Assembly (NCBI GenBank): GCA_000934665.2
Contig: JYFJ02001825.1
Span: 1-64,000 of the forward strand
Direction of reading: 5' to 3'
Length of the DNA stretch: 64,000 nt
Origin: Catajapyx aquilonaris
Taxonomy: Eukaryota
The notes under the pieces are model-generated. The model did no database searches, was not told where the DNA came from, and saw only the letters and a list, made by a program, of their open reading frames with translations. The position numbers and the translations under genes are program-made. Positions 34,901 through 53,172 of the stretch are shown one piece after another. Within the stretch, counting starts at the first letter, position 1. The number at the start of each line of letters is the position of its first letter.

Positions 34901-35292
34901 TCATCGTTTCTTACATTGTTGCTACTGTTTACTCATTGTTCTGTGAGGGTATTTCCATGGAAACCTTGGGGACATCAGATTGCCGTTTTGTTTTCCGCAC
35001 TGTTGTACTAATCACAGGAGTTACATGGTTGTGACAAATGCTGTTATTTCCAGGTGGCTATGGTGGTGGTGGTGGATATTCACCTAGAGGATTCCGCCCA
35101 CAAGGATTTCAGTCACGTGGATATGGAAGTGGGGGTGGTTACCGAGGTGGTTATCAAGGAGGAGGTGGTTATCAAGGTGGAGGTGGTTTCCAAGGTAGTG
35201 CTGGTGGTGGGGGTGGGGGAGGATTTGGAGGTCGAGGAAGGGGATTCCAAAACAGGGGTGGATTCAGGGGTGGCTATAGTGGTGGTTATTGA
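16948..35292 (+). CDS. DHX9: ATP-dependent RNA helicase A / maleless (DEIH-box, two dsRBDs, Gly/RGG-rich tail), ~1305 aa
   Basis: Exons 16948-17029, 17111-17280, 18898-19110, 20291-20430, 23041-23087, 23399-23625, 24167-24346, 24956-25153, 27521-27734, 28479-28718, 29486-29691, 29939-30053, 30140-30234, 30363-30575, 30673-30847, 32471-32647, 32827-33017, 33344-33505, 33580-33684, 33763-33878, 33985-34188, 34423-34631, 35054-35292, all in phase. Motifs [61 protein letters not shown]. Possible earlier in-frame ATG at 16583. Confidence 0.97.
17320..18547. mobile_element. Non-autonomous DNA element with ~155-bp TIRs (DHX9 intron 2)
   Basis: gtaattatctag...taagtgcatagggacctagtgctgactttccc...gaagttacagacat (17320-~17476) is the reverse complement of ~18388-18547. 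Confidence 0.85.
17631..18049 (+). mobile_element. pogo-like MITE family copy 2 (truncated, nested in the long-TIR element)
   Basis: TA-cagtaaaacttctataagtcgaatctccatggg; similarity to other copies stops at gactgaaaatg. Confidence 0.85.
26207..26954. mobile_element. Foldback element with ~255-bp TIRs built from duplicated subunits
   Basis: tatgggcgagtggcctt...ggagcatgctaat (26207-~26463) inverted at ~26698-26954; each arm contains two copies of the cccagaccatcctgatcaatgtt..gggagcatgcta unit; TA flanks. Confidence 0.9.
26957..27252. mobile_element. Tc1/mariner-type palindromic MITE (CAGGGTG termini)
   Basis: TA-cagggtgtaaatgaattcaa...ttgaattcatttacaccctg-TA, ~120-bp arms. Confidence 0.9.
27885..28380. 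mobile_element. Palindromic MITE with ~230-bp arms (DHX9 intron 9)
   Basis: agggtgtatcagacgtc...ggaccacctgtctgtga inverted as tcacagacaggtggtcc...cttctgatacaccc around a ~35-nt spacer. Confidence 0.88.
29181..29434. mobile_element. MITE with ~37-bp TIRs (DHX9 intron 10)
   Basis: aattgaagacctcgggtgaagaatgatcaaggtccac / gtggacctagatcgttcttcccccgaggtcttcaatt. Confidence 0.8.
31103..32235 (-). mobile_element. Degenerate mariner transposon (DHX9 intron 15)
   Basis: TA-cgaggtgctgcccaaaagttcgcgaactga / tcagttcgcgaacttttgggtatcacctcg-TA; minus-strand remnants [23 protein letters not shown] (HDNA-like), [10 protein letters not shown] (YSPDL-like), with stops and frameshifts. Confidence 0.88.
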
Positions 35293-35521
35293 AGGCCACT
35301 GCTTTAAGAACTCTTCTGTCACCAATCATGTTATGTGTGTGCTGTACTCTTTTAGTCCTTTGTCTATTTGTGACACCAATAAATTATAAAATTCCCCTCA
35401 TTGTTCTGTAGTCTTTATCCTGCAAAATGAACAAAGCCTATTCTAGCTGCTGTGACGTGCCTGGCCACTGACAAGACTATTTGTGACTGGGAACACTTGT
35501 TAAACTTGGTGTTTGTTGCAG

Positions 35522-36102
35522 CAGTAAAACTTCTAGAAGTAGAATCTTCGTGGGACCTGAAAAAAACTTTGAGTTATAGAAGATTCAAGTTAGAGAAGTT
35601 TGGAATTTTTTAAGTACAGAACTTTATAAGGAAGACTGCCTTTATATCCAGCGACGAAAGGTTTTCAAAACTTAAAAATAAATGTCACTATCATACATAC
35701 AATGTTCCTCATTGTTTTATTGTAAAAAAAAATATGTTATGGACATTTGCCTACTCTTAGATTCAAGGATTCCATTGTCACAACAGAGTCAAACACTTCT
35801 TTCGGTACGTCTGGCAGACGGAGATCAGGAAATTGAGCCTTTCTGTACATGTGGCCTACTCTGGACCCTTGGGCTGGGAAATGAGAAAATTTTCCTTACT
35901 TGCCAACATGAACTTCGACTTACTAGGGAGACTGAAAATGGATTGATATCCCATCGTAAGGCCCTGCCTACACTTCGAGTTATATAAATTCGAGTTAGGG
36001 AAGTTTATTTCCTATTTTTTTACATTGCGACCAACCAAGCTCGCATCACTTTCTTCGACTAATAGAGAACTTAGGGAAGTTCGACTTAAGGAAGTTTTAC
36101 TG
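35522..36102 (+). mobile_element. pogo-like MITE family copy 3
   Basis: cagtaaaacttc...gaagttttactg-TA; same internal sequence as other copies. Confidence 0.9.
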
Positions 36103-36553
36103 TACTTGTCCAGCAACTATTGTTGGTGACAAGTACGTCACCAATGCTATACAGATCACGTCCTGCTGATATTATGAGAATGGCCATTAAGGCATCTTCC
36201 GAAACTCACAAGAGTCGGTCTTAGTGAAAGTGTGAGCAACAGCTCTAGGAGCCCATTTTTGAACCCCTTGGGGATGAAAAACTGACCCCAAGAAATTTAT
36301 TAGAAGTTGGGCAAGCAAATAAATCTTGCGCAGTTGCTATAGATATGAATATTACTTGTTGGTGCCATCTGTAATCATTGTTATCCATTCCATTTTATTT
36401 TTCTAAAGTGACTATCATCTGTCACTTGCATGATTTGCATTACTATTCAAGTGATTGACACATCTGCCACATACACATCATATGTGAGTATTACACAATG
36501 TTCATCAAGTTATTTTTAATATGTGACTGAAGAACTGACATTTTAGCATAGCA

Positions 36554-38225
36554 ATGAATACCACTCCAAGTAAGAAAGTAGTGGTTCCAAATGCTGACAG
36601 ATGTCAACGCACCCCACACTTCGCAGATTCCGAAATGAAATACTGCGAATTTAAAACATGTTGGAGAGGCAAGATTCGAAAGAGGGAATCTTCTTGCCAG
36701 ACTAAAAAGTCGGCTGTGACGAAGAACAAGACTTGCCAAGCATTCAAGCATAGGAATGTACAGACACAGACACCACCAAGATCTGCCTTATGGAAGCGTC
36801 CTGTGGTTGATGAAGCCTCTTTGGCCAAGTTCCTAAAGAAGGTAACTCCAATCATGCTGGAGGAACTCTCACTTTGCCAAGCATCTTGGTCGTACATTGA
36901 AAGGTCTGTAATGGAAGTGGTCCCAACATTGGAGGAGCCAAAACTCAAATGTGTTTTAACCTCAGAAGTAGCGCCAACTGGCTCGAGTGTCTCAGGGATC
37001 TCCTGGAATTCAACAGGAACCATGATAGCAGTGTCCTACTCCTACACGGAGCACATCAGTTGGTGTAATCATCAGGGATTTGTCACATTCTGGAATCCAT
37101 GCAGACGGAACTTTAACCCAGGGATGCCTTCTAGCCATATTCAAGTCACAAGTTGCGTGACCTGTATTAAATTTCACCCATCTGAAGCATTTATATTGGG
37201 CCTAGGGACGTACAGTGGCGGTGTCAGCTTGTGGGATCTGTCCGAAAATCCAACTCTGGTTTCCAGCACAAACGATGGCAACTTTGGGCACGAGGACCAA
37301 GTCACTGGAATCACTTGGATAACTGATTCTGATTCAAAGGAAGTAGTATTGTGCACATGTGGCCGAGATGGATATGTGATACTCTGGTGCCAAGAGGAAA
37401 GTGAACTGAAGACCTGTTTCTGGATGGAGGTGAACTCTGTTACCCTTCCACCAAGGATGCGGCCACGAATGGCATATGGCCAACCAAATCTAGGATTAAG
37501 CTGCGTGACATTTAACGCTGAGGATGCAGACCTTTTTATAGTCGGAACTGACCAAGGAGGACTAGCTCAGTGCTCGCTATGTGACTGTGAGCTTCTGCAA
37601 CATTCCAGTAATGTCAGTTGGCTTCTGTTTGAAATGCTTGTTGAGATTATTGTGCGATGTTTCTAGTTTTTTGCAGTGTAATATTAATATTGCATTTCTT
37701 TAGGCTAGGCAAGATGCCGTGAATGAAACGGTGTTCCCTTATGATCCTGTGAAATTCTTCTACAAGCCTCATGTTGGAGCACTACTTGCAGCAGACCATT
37801 CACCCTTCAGCAGATATTCATTCCTCAGCTGCAGTTCCGATGGTCAAGTGCGGTTGTACAACACCATTCAACCGCTGGAACCAGTACTTACTTTGCATTT
37901 GAAGGATAACTACGGACGTGATGTCAAATGGTCCCCAGTCAGGCCTATGCTGTGTGCTGTGGGTGACGCAAGTGGGGCAGTGCATTTCTATGACTTCTAC
38001 AATAATCACAATTTCCCAGTGAAGATTCTCAAGGAAAGCCCTGATATTGCAGTCACAGTCTTGAGTTTCAGTGCGAACTCAGACATTCTGGCTGTTGGGG
38101 ATGAGAGCGGTAGTGTGCGACTATGGCAGTTGCCAGACTGTTGGACAATCACAATGGACAGTGAACTTGAAGTTCTGCACAGCCTTGTGCTACATAAGCC
38201 ATTGTCTGAGTGTAAAAACTTTTAA
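36554..38225 (+). CDS. WDR34: WD-repeat dynein-2 intermediate chain (WDR34/DYNC2I2), ~526 aa
   Basis: Exons 36554-37612 (donor gtcagt) and 37704-38225 join in phase 0. Motifs SWNSTGTMIAVSY, CIKFHP, GHEDQVT, SPFSRYSFLSCSSDG, VKWSPVRP match the WDR34 pattern as I recall it. Confidence 0.85.
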
Positions 38226-38679
38226 TGAAAACAAAACATTTAATCTTGTAAATGTTACAACGTAAGGATGAATAAATTATAATGACACCAGTAGAGTGAA
38301 AAATTTCTGTTACTGACTCTAAATATAACAGAAACTGCACCATTACATAACTTTAGTTTGGTCCGGGTGAAGAATTTTCATAGCCGGGTGTACTGTACAA
38401 TTGTACATCATTCATGCAACAGAAACGTATTCAGTACATAACATACGGTACTTGCAGAACTAACTAGTGAGTGATTCCAATTCAGCCAAGTTTCCATACC
38501 CAAAATTTGTAGTCAATAATAATAATCAAATAGCCATTTATTTTGTCCATATCCTCATGCACATGGATCCGTAATATTTTATCAAGAGGTAAGACAACTC
38601 CTCTTAATTTGGTATTCATTGCGCACCATTTAGAGTAGCATATTATTTTAGACAATTGCACGTGCCATATATTGTTGAG

Positions 38680-39050
38680 GGGGAGGTGTGGTGGCCGAGA
38701 TGGTAACGTCTCGGCTTGCTGAGTGAAAAGCCCCAGGTTCGATCCCCGCCTGGGGAACTTTCCTTTCACCTGCATCAGGAGGGTCTCTGACCTGCACCAA
38801 GGACGTGTCTGGCAACCTAACCTCCTGGCCGGAACAGCACATGACCCATTAGCTACGACATTGCACCTTGCACCCATGTTCCCTCCCCAAAAATCCCTAT
38901 CCTTTCCCATTGTCCCTGTTTCCTTGCACCGGTGAATGAAGTGAAAATATATACAGAAAACTGATGGTGGTATGCCACCCCCCTATAGCACCCGTAAGGG
39001 ACATCACGGGGTAAAATAAAATAAATAAATAAATAAATAAATAAATATTA
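38680..39050 (+). mobile_element. tRNA-derived SINE with (TAAA)n tail
   Basis: A box tggccgagatgg, B box ggttcgatccc, TSD attgttgag at 38671-38679 and 39051-39059; same family as the 44976 copy. Confidence 0.9.
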
Positions 39051-39238
39051 ATTGTTGAGTATGGTAGTGTTAACATCAGGTTGACACAGGCTGCAAGAAT
39101 TACACCTGCCAGAACATACAGTGTACTCCTAATCTAAATATGTGTGAATTATTAACGCAAAGTAGTAAAACCATAAATAGAAAAGAAATAATATCTCAAA
39201 GCATGTGCAGGTATGGAATCCATTACTTTTTAAGCCAC

Positions 39239-40744
39239 TCACAAGTTCTCATAGCAAACGGTAATATGTATGTCATACATCAATAAGCTTTTCTTCAATT
39301 CAGACCTTGCATGTGGATGAAAGATTTCCTTCCATTTTAAACCACTAAGATTAAGCACTTCTAAATTATCAAAAAATTCTAGCAAAGGTATCAATGACAC
39401 TATTACTTGATTATCTCCCAGAGTAAGCGAGTGCAATTTTTTCATGGGATTAGACCTGATGAGTACATGCAAGAATTCTTTGTTTAAAAAATGCTTTTCG
39501 TTGAGAGTGAGCGTCGTCAAATCCTTGCAATGCGACAGAAGGAAACAAAGGTGATTTTGTGAACTACTACAACCCCAGGTAGCCAGGTCTTGTAATTGTT
39601 GAAATTGATTTACTGTCAAATCATTCTCAGAGGTAATTTGCAAGAATTTGCATGAATTCATATGAAGACTGTGCAGGTTAGGAAAAACTAGTGCAAGTCT
39701 ACAAAGATCAATCATGGTACAACTGCTGAAGCTGACCTTCCTCATTTTAGGAAAGCATAGTGCAGCTTTCTCATCAAACATGTATGCTAGTGAATCGCAA
39801 GACAACAAGCACAATTCAGTAAGGCGATAGAAACAGTCTGAGGTTAACTCATCCAAATTGTCAGATGATAATCCCTGGACTACCAATTTTTTTAAGTGAC
39901 TCAATTCATTGAGAGGTCTCATAGATACAGCCTGAGTGACATACTTAAACTCTAATGATTCAAGAAGTGGAAAGCAAGCTACTAATTTGTCCTGGGATCT
40001 GGAGTCATACGTGTCTCCTATCAAGCATCTAAGTGGGTACTTTTGATGGCAGTGCTCCAATACATCTCCTAAATTCCAAATCTCTAGGATTTCCAATTGT
40101 GTCAGACTGTTCAACATGCAATTGTAATCGGATGAAGTTAGGCTTAACATCATCTTGAATCCTAGGTAAACCATTTTGAGATGGGTGCAATTTGCAAAAA
40201 TCCTGACATCATCAGATGAGAATGTGGAATGAGACGCAGAAAATTCTTCCAGATGAGAACAGTTCTGCACAATTTGTGTGGCTATTTCAACTGAGCATGC
40301 ATTTGCAATGTCAACAGAAACCAAGTTTTTAAGGTGTAAAATCTTTTGCGACAAAATTTCCTTGGCCAATTGTGTTTCTCTAGTAGGCAAGTAGCGTATG
40401 CTCAAAATTTCCAAGTTCGGCATGATATCCAGATTTTGCAAAACCTGGAGCCTAAGTTCGGTGTGCTCATACTTCTCACTCAACGTTGGCATCCTGGTAC
40501 AATCAGGGTGGAAAGCATCTCGCAACTCCACACCTTTTGGCCACTCCTTTTCCTGGCAAAGGATTCCAATTAGCTCCACCATGTATGCATTAGCTAATGA
40601 CGGCGGAATTTTCCTTGCAAATTCCTTGATGCCTCTTGAACCCACTCTCCTGGCACTATTATTCTTGCATCCTTCAACAATTGTCTTTGCAGCACGACGA
40701 AGACTCAGCTGGAATGCTGATAACGGTTGCTTCTTCTTGGGCAT
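39239..40744 (-). CDS. Leucine-rich-repeat (RNI-like) protein, 501 aa, uninterrupted CDS
   Basis: 1.5-kb open frame with recurrent LxxLxL units (PNLEILSI, SHLEEFSA, TQLEILEI, PLLESLEF, PNLHSLHM, DNLEVLNL); ATG lies 2 nt after an acceptor ctcacag. Confidence 0.85.
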   Translation of the reverse strand: MPKKKQPLSAFQLSLRRAAKTIVEGCKNNSARRVGSRGIKEFARKIPPSLANAYMVELIGILCQEKEWPKGVELRDAFHPDCTRMPTLSEKYEHTELRLQVLQNLDIMPNLEILSIRYLPTRETQLAKEILSQKILHLKNLVSVDIANACSVEIATQIVQNCSHLEEFSASHSTFSSDDVRIFANCTHLKMVYLGFKMMLSLTSSDYNCMLNSLTQLEILEIWNLGDVLEHCHQKYPLRCLIGDTYDSRSQDKLVACFPLLESLEFKYVTQAVSMRPLNELSHLKKLVVQGLSSDNLDELTSDCFYRLTELCLLSCDSLAYMFDEKAALCFPKMRKVSFSSCTMIDLCRLALVFPNLHSLHMNSCKFLQITSENDLTVNQFQQLQDLATWGCSSSQNHLCFLLSHCKDLTTLTLNEKHFLNKEFLHVLIRSNPMKKLHSLTLGDNQVIVSLIPLLEFFDNLEVLNLSGLKWKEIFHPHARSELKKSLLMYDIHITVCYENL

Positions 40745-40753
40745 ACCTGTGAG

Positions 40754-40822
<69 letters not shown>

Positions 40823-40854
40823 GTTGTTGTTGTTGTTGTTGTTGTTGTTATTAT
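40754..40854. repeat. Compound (ATT)n/(GTT)n microsatellite
   Basis: Directly visible trinucleotide run. Confidence 0.97.
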
Positions 40855-42158
40855 GACATTTACAATGGCTTTAATTTCATCCTGGTATGTATGCAACCTC
40901 ACGCATGACCTACAATTAACATAACCTGCAGGGGCAAAGTGTGAATGGCAACTCTGCCAGATTAACTTAATTTAAATTTGTTTAAATATTGTTGACACCA
41001 AACACACAAAGAGGGTGTTCCGCAATTAACTACAAGTTGCACAAAAAATTAATGTCGCCGTATCTTTAAACGAACAATGCGAATTTATTATCAACTAAAA
41101 ATCAGTTTATTCAAAACAGACCCACGTGGTCCAGATTCATTCTTCTGATATTGGGAACTCCTCCAAACAGGTCATCCAACAAAAAAGGCAAAATAATCAT
41201 TATGCAGTCTTCGTTACACGAAAATCGCTGTTTAGTTGATGTGCAATCTGCATTACACTATGCCAATTATTTTAGAACCATATCCAAACGCTTTCAAGGC
41301 AAGGACAATAATATATTTGGCACACTTCCTGGATTGCCGAAGGATTGTTTGGACTGAACCTGGCTAATGTTGACTCGCACCTCCTTCCTTGCACATTTTG
41401 GTAATAATAGGTCATGACGCTCGTACTTTGCTTAATGATACTATTTTGCTCCGATAATTCAAAAATGAAAGCACAGCTTGTGACAATCCGAGTATATGAA
41501 TAAGTGCGAGAATCAAGGTCATCAATTGCAGTGGATTACAAATAGAACCTTTCCAGAAGTAGGTGGACAATACAAATGGGATGTCATACCTAGTGCAGCT
41601 GCTGTCTCTCTATAAATTTTCGCCAATTAGTCTGCATGTTAAATTAGCGTACAATGTATCCGATCTATTTAACTGCACGTTAGCACCAAAAGTCACAAAA
41701 TGTCATACCTTCAGTTGACTTGTCAATATCCGATGAAGTGCAGGTATGGCAAATGATGAGCGGAACAAAACCGGGAGACAAAAGCAAAGAGCCGCCTACT
41801 CTGCCTCGTTTCTTCTCCTGGACAGAGGTCGAAATAATAGAAGTGTCTACGCGCAAGGACAAATGAAAATATTTTAAGCGCAAATCTCGCGGGCTTCCTC
41901 AGCAAAACACGCGGACAAGCATATGCCGTGACCTCAGCCAGATGTGATGGTGGCATGCCTGCAGACGACAACACTAAACTGGAAGGCACGGTCACACGTC
42001 AGGACGAAACATCTGCCAAACAATAAGAAAAAGTGCAGATGACATTTCCTATCCATCTGATGCGAAATATTGCCCAATGGGACTGCTTTTGGCCAGGGGC
42101 ATATCTGTTCAACTAATACTTAATATAACTGAAAGAGAGAGTAGGTCACACACTCGCA

Positions 42159-43044
42159 GCAATTTTTAAAAAACCCTATTCTGCCGTCAGATATGAGAAG
42201 ACCGTAACTCATCAATGTCCACTTCCCCTTGCGGCGAGATTAAAAGCAGTGGTACCAAAAGCACCCAACAGGTGGAGTTGAGATGCCGTTCCTTTTTCCC
42301 CCTTCCCCCAACGCCACCTCTTGGATGCTTTCGGTAACACTTGCTTTCTTTTCTCGCCGCAAGAAGGGAAGTGGATATTGAGTTACGGTCCTCTCACATC
42401 TGACGGCAGTACTGGCATCCCCACAGTGGGAAGAGTTGGTAAGCAGGATTAGCCGCGATATTCAACACTGAACCCGGGGATAGGCCGAGAACGTCAAAAG
42501 AAAGTGGCGGGAAGAATATTATTTTTTAATTGTGGTTATTTTTTAATTTATTAAAATAATCGCGGCCACCCTCGACCCCTACGGAGAAGGCTTCGCGAGC
42601 TCCACGTTGGGAACCACTGATCTAATACAGACACTGCCAAAGTGCCAAGTTCCATTGGCTGTTTATAATAAAGGGAAGTTATGAGCAGTTAGAAAAACGT
42701 GGTCCGAAAGGGTGCATATAATTATTTAGATACATGTGGGCGAGTGCATGCGAGTAGAGGCGGTAGAGGTTGTGAATTTCTGTTCATACAATAATAAATA
42801 GGTAATACTGCCGTCAGATGTGAGAGGACCGTAACTCAATATCCACTTCCCTTGCGGCGAGAAAAAAAAAGCAAGTGTTACCGAAAGCATCCAAGAGGTG
42901 GCGTTGGGGGAAGGGGGGAAAAGGCACGGCACCCCAACTCCACCTGTTGGGTGCTTTTGGTACCACTCTCGCCGCAAGGGGAAGTGGACATTGAGTTACG
43001 GTCTTCTCGTATCTGACGGCAGAATAGGGGTTTTTAAAAATTGC
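42159..43044. repeat. Large inverted repeat whose ~250-bp arms are themselves TIR-bounded units
   Basis: 42159-42411 is the reverse complement of 42806-43044; each arm starts ctgccgtcagat..gaccgtaactca and ends tgagttacggtc..atctgacggcag. Confidence 0.9.
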
Positions 43045-43252
43045 AAAGGTATGGGTATGTTGAGGTGGGCAAGTGCATATTTCCCAGCCAATGCAAAGGT
43101 GGGATTGCAGATTGATCGCAGTGTATAGGGAATCACAGATATGTGAATGCACGGAGGAACGGGTGGTGGTAGGGGGTTTGAATATGATTGGCATCATCAC
43201 TGGCAATATAAGTCCGAAGCGATTGAAAATATGGTGGGCACTGTAGGCTGCA

Positions 43253-43334
43253 GGCCTAGAAAAGAGCGAGCGAAGCGAGTGGTTTTCTAGGCCAGCGCCC
43301 TAGGAAAATGCGAGCATAGCGAGGATTTTCCTAG
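43253..43334 (+). mobile_element. Two tandem Helitron-like 3' termini (hairpin + CTAG)
   Basis: ggcctagaaaa..gcgagcgaagcgag..ttttctaggcc and ctaggaaaat..gcgagcatagcgagg..attttcctag|t; related end at 13010-13035. Confidence 0.5.
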
Positions 43335-44361
43335 TGTCTACTTTAATCTTGAAGTTTGACTTTTGTCAAAATTATTTGTTGCCCAGTAATTATAGCAACA
43401 CGTTTTTCTTTCTTTTTTCTTTTTAGGTATTCAAGCTTTTTGTTGACATCTGGGCCTTGTTACTGTTGTATCAAGTCATTAATTGTCTCCATACCATGAC
43501 TTTGACTCCTGATGACCCTAGTTGAAAGAGAGAGAAAAAAATAGTCGGAAAAAAGAGAAGGAGAAAGAGAAATGAAATGAAATGGCGGGAAAAGGCAGGC
43601 CAGATTCTTTCATAGCTATGAAATAGAAGGCTGACTCTTCAAAATGTCATAAATAAGACAGATGGATCGGAGTGGGAAGCATAACTTAATCATGTTTGAA
43701 TATTTCACATTTGGCGAAAAAAGTAGGCAAATTATTACATAATTTCGAGGACTAATAATTATTACATATAGACTAGTCATATTATTGTAAGAAATTCTTT
43801 AAAATGAAGTACATACCTTCTTCTGAAGCTTCCATATTGGAACAGTTCACAAATATTTTGTATAAACCAAAAATGTGGGAAATGAAACTGAGATAGCCAT
43901 TCAGTAGGTTTTTGTACAAGCTATCTACTGGGTGTAAAATCGGGACTATCCCCATGTTGGGAGACGTTGCGTTATCCCCACTTTCACACCAGGCGACAGC
44001 GACATTGACGAATGAAAACTCTCCAAATGATCGCAGGATACATTGTGAAGCATTTGTACTAAGTAGGTGGACTGGAATATAAATGATTTGGAAAGGAACA
44101 GGTCAAATCTTCCCACATGCAACTTTCCCTGGTTCGTGTCATGGGGTCATGTAAATTATGGGCATCTGCAAAATCCAGCAACATGAATGTAGGCTTTACT
44201 TTTTTACACAGTTATTTCAATACAGGCTGAATTCCTACACCCAGCTTACAAAATACTCGCCCTTTGACTTGGTGATTTAACAGTGTTTAATAATAAAACC
44301 TATCCATAAGTACAATCATACTACATCTGTCATAAGCTGACATTGGAATGATATATCAGAT

Positions 44362-51644
<7,283 letters not shown>

Positions 51645-52029
51645 GGTGTGACTCTCCCCTTTCTTCCTCTTATTCTGGGGAGACGAAGAGGACGACCTGC
51701 AAGTAAACGATGGATCAGTGCATGTCATGCTTCTTCAGACCAGGAAATGAGTGCTTGGTATATTTCAGCAGAGTTTCTTTTCCCCATTGACTGGGAGTGA
51801 AACAAACAGGTCTGCTGGCTTTTTATTCAAGTGGAACGCATTCTCTGCAGGCCTGACTGGCAGTCAGTACTTACATGCAGCATCTGACGACTACACCGCA
51901 GCCTCGTTCTCCCGGGGAAGCGTGACTTGCCAGTGAAATGGAAGCTACAGCTTGCCCCTAGCTCGATTCACAGAATTTTTTTGCCTCAATAATTCCACGG
52001 ATAATTATTCCGCAGAAAACATGTGGCCG

Positions 52030-52160
52030 AAAGACGCCATTTTGAATCCATCCAGTGTGACGTCACTCAAATAATCACTTCGTTCTTCAGTTAATAAAAT
52101 AATTATCATGTTAATGTAACACATATTATCCCGGAGAATTCACATGACATTCACGTGACA
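52030..52160 (-). promoter_or_regulatory. Probable DHPS promoter
   Basis: CpG-rich; YY1-like cgccatttt at 52035, CRE TGACGTCA at 52058-52065, CACGTG near 52152; upstream of a 5'-UTR donor gtaagt at 51874. Confidence 0.55.
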
Positions 52161-53172
52161 GCATTAATTTTTAACGCCATGTTTAATCAATGGCAATGCC
52201 ATACCAGTGTAATCGACATGCAGTAATATTCCGTGTGCACCTCGCTCGATAGAATACAGCTGCGGGAACATGTTTTGCGGATTAATCAGTTTTGTTTTTT
52301 TGGCTCGATTGCTAGTCAACGCAGATTTATCTGGCTGATGATAATTATAAACATGAGTCTGCACTTTCAAACATAATTATGCTGCCACATCTCAATGCAG
52401 AATTATTGTGTACTGCCAATAATATTTACGATAAATTATAGTTCATTGCAGGGTCATTGCCACTGTTAATAAAGAGGCTTCCGTAAGTTTAATTTGCTAA
52501 GTATTGTTACATAATAAGGGCATTTCCATGGGATGGCTAACTTGGAAAAAGGGCAATTGTTGATTTATTGTTATTGATGTTGATATTATGTTAATTGTTG
52601 AGGCGCCCGAGTAGTGAGAAGTTTTGGGAATATGCGTGTTGTGAGAGTTAGGCTCGTTTTCGGAAGAAGAAACATGCGCCATTAAATTCCTCGGAAAATG
52701 TAACCCCCGATGAGCAAGTTTAAAGCAGTGTGGGGGCATTCCCCTGGATTTCTATAGCAAAGCAACAAAGAAATCCACAAACTCAAAAACAAACAAACTG
52801 ATGAAACAAATAGTCATTTTCAGCCTGAACTCCTAAAATTTACATCACAGCATGTCTGAAACGGAGAGTAGCCAATGATTACGACTTACGAGGAATGACT
52901 TGCTGCAGTCCTGGCCATCTCACATTACAACATGCATTAACCTCTGAAGCACTAGTCTGGCTCACGCAGGAGAATATAAGGAGAGTAGCTAGAAGGGTCA
53001 AGATCAATAAATGTTGTGTGAGAATAGTCCATAAACAATCAATCTCAATAGAATAGAAAAAAAACCCTCATCAATAAATGAATGTATGTGATATGTACAA
53101 CTTCATTTATTACGGGTGTCTCCACCTATCTCTTTTTTCCCCCCACTACAGGTAACGAATGAGAGGGTATCC

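Noticed and set aside
35054..35389. Val/Glu-rich and Thr/Ser-rich ORFs
   Set aside because: Alternative-frame shadows of the DHX9 Gly-rich exon.
40398..40924. Poly-Leu/Ile/Thr ORFs
   Set aside because: Translations of the microsatellite and of the LRR antisense strand.
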